Shown piece by piece: positions 26,643 through 34,025 of a DNA stretch of 34,025 nt. This stretch comes from Methanosarcinales archaeon (GTDB taxonomy: Archaea > Halobacteriota > Syntropharchaeia > Alkanophagales > Methanospirareceae). The notes under the pieces were generated by a model, which had not been told where the DNA came from, searched no databases, and was given only the letters and a program-made list of their open reading frames with translations. Made by a program: the position numbers and the translations under genes. The stretch spans positions 1 through 34,025 of the forward strand of contig JAODGR010000080.1 of the NCBI GenBank assembly GCA_025464275.1, given 5' to 3'. Within the stretch, counting starts at the first letter, position 1. Every line of letters starts with the position of its first letter.

Positions 26643-29573
26643 ATGGTATACAATCAGGGAGTTTTTTCCCTATTCTCCATCCCCATTCAGCGAGCCCTTG
26701 CAGATAAGGGCTTTCTTACACCCACGGAGGCGCAGGTAAAGGCTATACCGCCGATAATGGCGGGTAGAAATGTATTATTGATAGCACCCACCGCGAGCGG
26801 GAAGACGGAAGCCGCGTTTTTACCCGTTGCTGATGCGTTGATTCGCGCTCGAGATGGAGCACAGGCACCCCTGCCCGGGATAAAAGCGCTCTACATAACA
26901 CCGCTGAAAGCATTGAACAGGGATATGCTCTTGCGACTCCAGTGGTGGTGTAAACGGGTTGACCTGCGACTCGGTGTGCGCCATGGCGATACCGCACCGA
27001 GGGAGAGGGAAGCACAGGCGATGGTACCGCCCGATATACTGATTACCACACCGGAGACCTTACAGGCGCTACTGCCAGGGCGGATAATGCGTAAGCATCT
27101 CGCTTCGGTCAGGTGGGTGATTGTGGATGAGGTGCACGAGCTGGCATGCGATAAGCGTGGCTCGCAGCTGGCACTGGCGCTGGAACGGCTCCGGTATATA
27201 AAGGGTGGGGATTTCCAGCTCATCGGCTTATCTGCCACCATAGGCTCTCCGGAGCGAGTGGCGAAGTTCCTCGTCGGCTCTGAGCGCGATTGTGAGGTGG
27301 TCAATGTCCCGGTATCGCGGTCTATGCAGATTGAGGTCTATTACCCGGTAGCCAGGGGAGAGGATTACGAGCTCGCAAAGGAGCTATATACATATCCCGA
27401 AGTCGCGGCTCGATTACGGGTGATGAGGGAGCTGATAGAGGAGCATAAATCCACACTGGTATTCACCAATACCCGCTCCCTGGCTGAAATACTGGGTAGC
27501 AGGTTCCGTGTCTGGGACCTTAACTTCCCGGTTGGACTCCATCATGGCTCATTATCCAGATTTTCACGTGTCAATGCCGAGCGAGGGATAAAAGAGGGTA
27601 AACTACACGGTATCATCTGCACGAGCTCCCTGGAGCTGGGGATAGACGTTGGGCGGCTGGATTTCGTCATCCAGTACAACTCGCCACGACAGGTGACGAG
27701 GCTATTGCAGCGTGTGGGGAGGAGCGGGCACAGGATTGGGGGTACTGCATCGGGAGCGATAATAGTTCAGGATTCTGATGATGCACTTGAGGCACTGGTG
27801 ATTGCGCGCAGGGCATTTGCGGAAGAGCTGGAACCTGCGGAGATACCGGAGAAACCCCTTGATGTACTGGCGCATCAAATAGCCGGTCTGCTCATGATAA
27901 AGCGGAGATGGAGTTTTGAAGAGGCTCTGAGCCTGATAAGGAGAGCGTACCCGTACAGGGAGCTGGAGGAGCACGAGCTGGTATCGGTATTGCAGTACAT
28001 GCATTCCAGGATACCCAGGCTCGTATGGTTCTCTGCAGCGGATAGGGTATTCCTGCGCCCACAGCGGATACAGCCACTCTACACCTATTATTTCGAGCAT
28101 CTCTCCATGATCCCGGAGGAGAAGCACTTCCTCGTCATCGAGGAATGCAGTGGCAACCCGGTAGGGCTCCTGGATGAGGCTTTCGTCGCTGAATACGGCG
28201 AGCCGGGGAAGAAGTTCATCGAGGGTGGGCGCGTATGGAAGATACTCCATCTCTATGGCGATAGAATATACGTGAAGGAGGAAGAAGACCCAGCAGGCTC
28301 GATACCGAGCTGGGTGGGTGAGGAGATTCCGGTGCCTTATGCCGTGGCGAACGAAGTGGGTGAGATAAGAGCCGCGGTAGCGGAGCAGCTCGGGCGAGGC
28401 AGGAGTATCGAGGCGATTGCAGAAGAGCTCAGGAGTGAAAAGGGGTATCCATGCAGTAAGGAAGTGGCTATCCGGGCGCTGGAGGAGGTGTACAGGCAGG
28501 TGGAGGGCGGCTATCCGGTGCCAACCGGGAGGCAACTCACGATTGAGCGATGTAAGGATTACATAATTGTACAGTGTGCCTTCGGTCTGCGAGTGAACAG
28601 GACACTGGGCATGTTAATCGCTACCCTCATCTCTGACAGGACAGGTACGCCCGTGGGGGTGCAGCATGACCCCTACCGGATATCGCTGAGGACAGAGTTA
28701 GAGTTAGAACCCGAGGATGTCGCGGCTATAATTCACGAATTGAGCACCTGCGCCTGCGCATGCACAGCCGGAGGTACAGGTATAGAAGAGCTGGCACTCC
28801 GTGCATTACGGAGGAGCAGGCTATTTAAAAGGCGGTTCATTCACGTGGCAAGGCGGTTTGGTGCTATTGCAAGAGATGCGTCACTGACCGACCTCGACCT
28901 TGAGAGCCTGATAGCGGGCTTTGAAGGCTCTGCGGTATTCGAGGAGGCAATCAGGGAATCGCGGGATAAAGATGTTGATATAGAGCAGACAGCGGAGGTG
29001 TTAATCCGGTTGGGTGCCGGTGAGCTGGGGATAGCGCGGCTCTGTTCCAGCAAGGAGAAGCGCGAGTGTAGCCCCATAGCGAGCATGATGGAGGTGGTGA
29101 AACGGGGCTACGAACTGATTCCACCGCAGAGGATGCACCAGGCGATCACGAGATACGTGATGGCGAGGTTACTGAATGAGGAACTGACATTTGTATGCAC
29201 ATCATGTTTCCGGTTTGTGAGAGTGAAGCGTGTAATTGATGCGAGTAAGGAGTTCGAGTTGAACTTGAAGCTAAAATGCCCGGAATGTGGCTCAACACGT
29301 ATAGGAGCAGTGAAAGCAGAAGAGGAAGAAGTGAGGAAGGAGACGAGCCGAAAAGGGGGCAGTATAATCACAGAGGCGAATCAATCGGCGGATTTAATCG
29401 CCCGTTATGGCAGAGCTGCTCTGCTCGCTCTCGCAGGTAGAGGACTCGGGGTAGGCGATGCGGGGGAGATACTGAAAGAAGGGAGCGAGGTGAACGAGCG
29501 GCTTGTAGAGCTTATAATGATGAGAGAGAAGGAGATACTGAAACAGAAGTTTTACAGAAGGAGAAGGGGCTGA
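26643..29573 (+). CDS. lhr: ATP-dependent SF2 helicase Lhr (archaeal type, C-terminal Zn-finger-like CxxC pairs)
   Basis: APTASGKT, TPLKALNRD, TTPETL, DEVH, SAT, HHGSLS, SSLELGID and QRVGRSGH; C-terminal CTSC and CPEC. Confidence 0.95.
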   Translation: MVYNQGVFSLFSIPIQRALADKGFLTPTEAQVKAIPPIMAGRNVLLIAPTASGKTEAAFLPVADALIRARDGAQAPLPGIKALYITPLKALNRDMLLRLQWWCKRVDLRLGVRHGDTAPREREAQAMVPPDILITTPETLQALLPGRIMRKHLASVRWVIVDEVHELACDKRGSQLALALERLRYIKGGDFQLIGLSATIGSPERVAKFLVGSERDCEVVNVPVSRSMQIEVYYPVARGEDYELAKELYTYPEVAARLRVMRELIEEHKSTLVFTNTRSLAEILGSRFRVWDLNFPVGLHHGSLSRFSRVNAERGIKEGKLHGIICTSSLELGIDVGRLDFVIQYNSPRQVTRLLQRVGRSGHRIGGTASGAIIVQDSDDALEALVIARRAFAEELEPAEIPEKPLDVLAHQIAGLLMIKRRWSFEEALSLIRRAYPYRELEEHELVSVLQYMHSRIPRLVWFSAADRVFLRPQRIQPLYTYYFEHLSMIPEEKHFLVIEECSGNPVGLLDEAFVAEYGEPGKKFIEGGRVWKILHLYGDRIYVKEEEDPAGSIPSWVGEEIPVPYAVANEVGEIRAAVAEQLGRGRSIEAIAEELRSEKGYPCSKEVAIRALEEVYRQVEGGYPVPTGRQLTIERCKDYIIVQCAFGLRVNRTLGMLIATLISDRTGTPVGVQHDPYRISLRTELELEPEDVAAIIHELSTCACACTAGGTGIEELALRALRRSRLFKRRFIHVARRFGAIARDASLTDLDLESLIAGFEGSAVFEEAIRESRDKDVDIEQTAEVLIRLGAGELGIARLCSSKEKRECSPIASMMEVVKRGYELIPPQRMHQAITRYVMARLLNEELTFVCTSCFRFVRVKRVIDASKEFELNLKLKCPECGSTRIGAVKAEEEEVRKETSRKGGSIITEANQSADLIARYGRAALLALAGRGLGVGDAGEILKEGSEVNERLVELIMMREKEILKQKFYRRRRG

Positions 29574-29607
29574 ATATTCCTTCTCTTTCATCCAGCCACA
29601 CGGTCAC

Positions 29608-31257
29608 TCACTCAGAGGTGGAGCAGAAATACCCTATCGCAGGTATGAAATCCTTCTTACGTGACATTGTACCCGGGAGGAGGCATTCATCATCCTCCAC
29701 TTCCACCTCGAATGCCCGCTCGATTATCTGCTTGTCTCCCTTAACAAGTACCTTCTCACCCTTCTTCAATGGATTGGTGATGAGAAAAGCGAGCAGGTCA
29801 TATCGTTTAGCTTTACGCAGCCGCTCCATCTCCTGCTTTAACGCATCCTTCTTCGTTTCTATCTCGTGCTCGTCCAGCACCATTATCTGACCTACGCCCA
29901 CGCGCTTATCACCGAGCTGATACTCTTTGAAGTCGTGGAGCAGGATATCTCGTGCACTCATCCCTTTTATATCTGTACTCGCACTCAGGAGTTCTTTACC
30001 ATACCCTTCTATGGAGAGCTCGAGCATCGCAGCGAGCTGTTCTGCAATCTCCCTATCATGCTCCGTGGTGGTGCTCAGTGCCAGGATTAATGTATCAGAG
30101 AGGATACCAGAGAGGAGCAGACCCGCGATATCACGCGGGATATCTATTTGATGGAGGAACATGAAATCTGCAATGATTGTGCATGTACTCCCCACCGGCT
30201 CATTGTGCACCTTGATGGGCATCATTGTGGATATATCACCAACGCGATGATGGTCTATGATCTCCAGTATCTCCGCTTCCTGTACCCCTTCTACCGCCTG
30301 TGTCAGCTCATTGTGGTCAACCAGAATGACCTTCTTCCTTATCGGCTGCAGTAAATCCGTGCGTGTAACTATGCTTATCAATCGCCGGGCACCATCCACG
30401 AGCAGCACGCACCGGTATTTCGAGTTCATTATCTTACGTTTCAGCTCTGCGATGGGCGTATAAAGCCCTGCTACCGGCACGTCTCGCTCCATTATCGCGT
30501 GGAGTGGTATGGATAAATCGAGTAATTTCGCGGTGGTGAAGGTGTCATGAGGCGAGGAGATGATGAGAGTCCCCTTCTTCGATGCCAGTTCGATGACTTC
30601 CTGGCTGACAGTGCTGTTGCCGGTGATTATGAGTGCGGAACACCCGGAGTTGATGAGGTCTATCTGTACATCCGTCCGGTCACCGAGGATGACCACATCA
30701 CCTGGTCGGACTTTATTCAAAATGGTGACCTTCTGCATAGCGGCGATGAAGATCCTGCCGGTTAATTGCTCGATACCCGCTGGATTGATGATCACCTTCC
30801 CATCCAGCGCATCTACCAGGGTGTTCAGGTTAATGGATGTACGAGAGAGGTAACTGAGACCCATGGTCTCGATATAGTGCTCGGCGATGTCCTTCAAACC
30901 AACAATCCCCAGCAGCTTCCTGCTCGCATCCACCACAGGTACCGTGCGGATGTTCTTCTGCTTCATCAGGGAAGCGACATACCGGAGCGAATCGTGCGGG
31001 AATGCCACGATGGGCTTCTTCAGTTCCATATCGCTCGCCACGGGTGCAAGGCTCTCTATCTCTATCGGGCATTCGATACCGAATCGTTCGAGCACGAATT
31101 GCGTCTCGCTATTCAAACTGCCCGCTCTCGCCGGGATATACCGATAATGCTTATCCATGATATTCTTGAAGTATGCATACGCAATAGCAGCGCATATGGA
31201 ATCGCAATCCGGGTTTTTGTGTCCAATAACAATGACTTCCTGTTGCATCCGTCTCAA
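29608..31257 (-). CDS. ppaC: Family II Mn-dependent inorganic pyrophosphatase with CBS-DRTGG-CBS insert
   Basis: GHKNPDCDS, CBS and DRTGG (GDRTD) insert, LVDHNE, IIDHHR, PVGSTCT, ILSDT, DFKEY and SRKK. Confidence 0.92.
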   Translation of the reverse strand: MRRMQQEVIVIGHKNPDCDSICAAIAYAYFKNIMDKHYRYIPARAGSLNSETQFVLERFGIECPIEIESLAPVASDMELKKPIVAFPHDSLRYVASLMKQKNIRTVPVVDASRKLLGIVGLKDIAEHYIETMGLSYLSRTSINLNTLVDALDGKVIINPAGIEQLTGRIFIAAMQKVTILNKVRPGDVVILGDRTDVQIDLINSGCSALIITGNSTVSQEVIELASKKGTLIISSPHDTFTTAKLLDLSIPLHAIMERDVPVAGLYTPIAELKRKIMNSKYRCVLLVDGARRLISIVTRTDLLQPIRKKVILVDHNELTQAVEGVQEAEILEIIDHHRVGDISTMMPIKVHNEPVGSTCTIIADFMFLHQIDIPRDIAGLLLSGILSDTLILALSTTTEHDREIAEQLAAMLELSIEGYGKELLSASTDIKGMSARDILLHDFKEYQLGDKRVGVGQIMVLDEHEIETKKDALKQEMERLRKAKRYDLLAFLITNPLKKGEKVLVKGDKQIIERAFEVEVEDDECLLPGTMSRKKDFIPAIGYFCSTSE

Positions 31258-31320
31258 TCCTCTTTAATTCCTCTTCTCTATTTCTTTATTCTATCCTATT
31301 CTATTATCCTATCCCACCCT

Positions 31321-32613
31321 TTATTTTACTATTTTAGTGGCAACCAGATAAGTACTACTCGCATCCACCACCCGGGCATTGCAGAAGTAACCAGGAGGTA
31401 ACTCCTCACCCATTATTATCGTCTTATATGAGGGGTCGCGTGCAATCATACCGCCCTTACTGCCGCGTTCAGTGACCAAGACGGGTAATTCACGCCCTAT
31501 CAGGTCGGTATTCGTGGCAAGTGCTATCTGATGATAAACGGCAGAGAGCACTCGCGACCTCTGCTTCTTCTCTCGCTCGAGCATGTCCTTATGCTTCGCT
31601 GCCTCTGTCCCTGGTCGCGGTGAGAATCGTGTAATATTCACCTTCTCCGGCTTTGTCTCCTCCAGCAGGTGCAGAGATGCGCGGAAATCGTCCTCATCCT
31701 CTGTGGGGTACCCGACGATAAAATCGGTACAGATGGTGCAGTAGTGGAATCGCCTCCTTATACTCCTCACTATCTCCAGGAAGTCATCAACTGTGTAATT
31801 CCGCCGCATCTCCCTGAGCACACTGTCAGAGCCAGACTGGACCGGCACATGGAAGAATTTGAATACCTTATCGGAGTCGAAGGCATCGAGGAGTTCATCT
31901 ATGATATGCATGAGTGTGCATGGATTCATCATACCTATCCGGAGTCTGAAATCGCCTTCCACCTCCGTCAGCAGCTCTAATAACTCAGGCAGTTTCACAT
32001 CACGGTCGAATCCGTATGCGGCGCAATCCTGAGCGGTGATTCTTATCTCTTTCAGCCCGCTCGCCACTGCGGTCTCCAAGGCTCTCCGTATCTTACGGGG
32101 TTCGTGACTCCTCAGTCGTCCCCTCGCTCTCTTTACAATGCAATAGGTACATTCACCAAGACAGCCCATTGCTATGGGGATTATGCCCACCACAGAGGAG
32201 TACAAACTTGCAAACTCAAAGTCGAAATCCATGATTGGATATAGCTCATCCGGGGTTATCACGGGTGTATCATCGCCCAGAACGCGCTTAACCAGCTCTG
32301 GCTGTGCCGCTGGCATACAGCCTGCGACGATTATCTTCTTGCTCTGATTCTTCAGTGCCACCAGATGTTTCACCACGTTCAGTTCCGTACGCTTCGTCAC
32401 GGTGCATGTATTCACGATTACATAATCGGCTTCTTCAGTATCGCGCACCAGCCGGTACCCCTCCCTCTTCAGTAGTGCACGTAGCTTCTCCGTATCCCCG
32501 GCATTGGCGGTACAGCCGAAGGTTTCTATGCACACTTTCGCACCCGTGAGGGGTATAAAAGTGCCCAGGACCCTCTCCAATTTTGACATATCCCTTAGGA
32601 TACGTTCTGGCAT
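31321..32613 (-). CDS. mtaB: tRNA methylthiotransferase, archaeal MtaB/e-MtaB (MiaB-like) family
   Basis: UPF0004 Cys motifs (TFGC, NTCTV, AGC), radical SAM CLGECTYC, RIGMMNP, HVPVQSGSD, IVGYPTE, FSPRPGT and a C-terminal TRAM-like domain. Confidence 0.88.
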   Translation of the reverse strand: MPERILRDMSKLERVLGTFIPLTGAKVCIETFGCTANAGDTEKLRALLKREGYRLVRDTEEADYVIVNTCTVTKRTELNVVKHLVALKNQSKKIIVAGCMPAAQPELVKRVLGDDTPVITPDELYPIMDFDFEFASLYSSVVGIIPIAMGCLGECTYCIVKRARGRLRSHEPRKIRRALETAVASGLKEIRITAQDCAAYGFDRDVKLPELLELLTEVEGDFRLRIGMMNPCTLMHIIDELLDAFDSDKVFKFFHVPVQSGSDSVLREMRRNYTVDDFLEIVRSIRRRFHYCTICTDFIVGYPTEDEDDFRASLHLLEETKPEKVNITRFSPRPGTEAAKHKDMLEREKKQRSRVLSAVYHQIALATNTDLIGRELPVLVTERGSKGGMIARDPSYKTIIMGEELPPGYFCNARVVDASSTYLVATKIVK

Positions 32614-32652
32614 GCCTGGATGATAGTAAGATATAATATAAGGTATAAGGTA

Positions 32653-33849
32653 TTACTGTAACAGGCACGTTGTCCTTGTCTTGCAGCCGCCGCAAACGGG
32701 TCGGTAGGGGCAGGTATGACAGGCGTAGTCCGGGCTGAATGAGCCACACTGGTGTAAATGTTCCCATATCATGTCTGCGGGTTCGTTACAGATATTACCC
32801 ATGGAGATGGGTATAAAGGGGCAAGCCCAGACGTCACCGTTCGGCTTAATGTACATCATACCTCTGCCAGCGAGGCAGCCACCGAATAGCTGCCCCAGAA
32901 GCGCTATTATCGACCTGCTACGAATTCCACGAGATTGAAGCATATAAGCCCAGTATTCAGGGGCGGCGACGGGTATTAAAATCCCGCTTATTTCACGCTG
33001 TTTACGTAACAGGAGCTTCAAGAGCCATCTTAACTCGCCCCTGTCCAGTTCCTGATCGCAGAGCTCTTTGCCCCTGCCCGCAGGCACGAAGCGATAGATG
33101 AAGTAAGAATATACGCCGATTCTGTCGCCATAGTCTATTATGGGCTCAATCTCGTTGATATTCGCCCTCGCGGCGACGATGTTCAGATGAAGGTATAGAT
33201 TCTCCGCCGTGCAATTGTTTATCCCCCCGATTACAGCCTCATAAGCGCCTCTTACTCCCCTTATACGGTCGTGTATCTCGGGATTCATCGCATCCAGCCC
33301 TATTACAACGCCGGTATCGTACCGTTTAAGCTCTCTCGCTACCGCTCTCGTGATTAATGTGCCATTTGTAGCAATGAATACCGTAAGACCTCGCTCTTTC
33401 GCATGTTCTATCAATTCAAACAGGTCTTCACGCAATAAAGGCTCGCCACCTGAGAATACAAATGTTCTGATGTGCATATCCGCTATGCGGTCTATCAGTT
33501 CCTTCCCTTCGCTGGTTGTGAGTTCTTTATACCTCTGTTCGCCGCCGAATGCATGGCAGTGGATGCATCTCAAATTACATCTGCCTGTCACTTCCCACAC
33601 AACATGGGGATTGATCCCGAAGCAGCATATCTGGCTCAGACCGGCGGATGCATGTAGAAGGTTTCTGCACTGTACGAGCCAGTGTAGAAAGGGTCGCGTG
33701 TGCCAGCGGGCGATAAACGCATATACGATTATCATAGCCGCCTGTTTCAACACCAGATACGGGGGGTTGTAGATTGAGAATGACCATGCCCTTGCCCTTT
33801 CCCTTGCTCTTGCTCTTGCCTGTTTATGGGTTTTCTCTTCCGTTTTCAT
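32653..33849 (-). CDS. Radical SAM/SPASM protein (NirJ/AhbCD/PqqE-like), function unknown
   Basis: WEVTGRCNLRCIHC, FSGGEPLLR, ATNGTL and SPASM GCLAG...PNGDVWACPF...CHTCPYRPVCGGC. True start uncertain. Confidence 0.88.
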   Translation of the reverse strand: MKTEEKTHKQARARARERARAWSFSIYNPPYLVLKQAAMIIVYAFIARWHTRPFLHWLVQCRNLLHASAGLSQICCFGINPHVVWEVTGRCNLRCIHCHAFGGEQRYKELTTSEGKELIDRIADMHIRTFVFSGGEPLLREDLFELIEHAKERGLTVFIATNGTLITRAVARELKRYDTGVVIGLDAMNPEIHDRIRGVRGAYEAVIGGINNCTAENLYLHLNIVAARANINEIEPIIDYGDRIGVYSYFIYRFVPAGRGKELCDQELDRGELRWLLKLLLRKQREISGILIPVAAPEYWAYMLQSRGIRSRSIIALLGQLFGGCLAGRGMMYIKPNGDVWACPFIPISMGNICNEPADMIWEHLHQCGSFSPDYACHTCPYRPVCGGCKTRTTCLLQ

Positions 33850-34025
33850 GGGTTCACGTATGCTTACTGCTCACAATAGAAATAATGGAGCTATAAGAAT
33901 AAGAAGAGGTGCTTTCACTGGATGCATGACTGCTCCCTAAGGTGGGCATAAATCGCAATTATAATATGACAATGACAAAGTCCATATTTCCTAATAGATG
34001 AAACGGGTAAGCGAGGGGGGACAAT

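Noticed and set aside
26279..26707. Small ORFs between ftsZ and lhr
   Set aside because: They overlap the RNase P RNA gene.
27702..28535. 277-aa antisense ORF inside lhr, and similar ones inside purE, proC, ftsZ and ppaC
   Set aside because: Antisense shadows of well-supported genes with no recognisable motifs.
33850..34025. RiPP precursor peptide upstream of the radical SAM/SPASM gene
   Set aside because: No convincing small ORF; the region looks like promoter DNA and is cut by the window edge.

Overview
Archaeal chromosomal segment, most consistent with a methanogen- or ANME-type euryarchaeon (Methanosarcinia/Methanophagales-like). Markers are SepCysS, an FrhB/FpoF-family protein, LSm, Pth2, an archaeal RNase P RNA, tRNA-Gln with A1-U72, and TATA/BRE promoters. 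About 30 kb (4.3-34 kb, roughly 50% GC by eye) is densely packed housekeeping DNA: aminotransferase, tRNA-Gln(TTG), ribH, a TSP3-like surface protein operon, beta-CASP nuclease, leuD-like, SpoIIM-like, MBL hydrolase, CDP-alcohol phosphatidyltransferase, a lone ATP synthase subunit I, frhB/fpoF-like, pscS, PHP, ilvB/ilvH, purE, HTH regulator, proC, lsm, pyrC, pth2, ftsZ, rnpB, lhr, CBS-PPase, an mtaB-like gene and a radical SAM/SPASM gene. The left 4.2 kb is clearly AT-richer and holds a tightly coupled four-gene operon: m4C-type DNA methyltransferase, winged-helix-like unknown protein, AAA+/P-loop ATPase and PIN-domain protein. It has no recognisable restriction endonuclease and is the best candidate for an undescribed methylation-based defence system. 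Other points of interest are a short RNase P RNA that keeps P8 but appears to lack P6/P16/P17, a tRNA whose 3' end overlaps the ribH stop codon, and a window-wide pattern of hexamer-type tandem expansions. All calls come from motif reading only; no searches were run.
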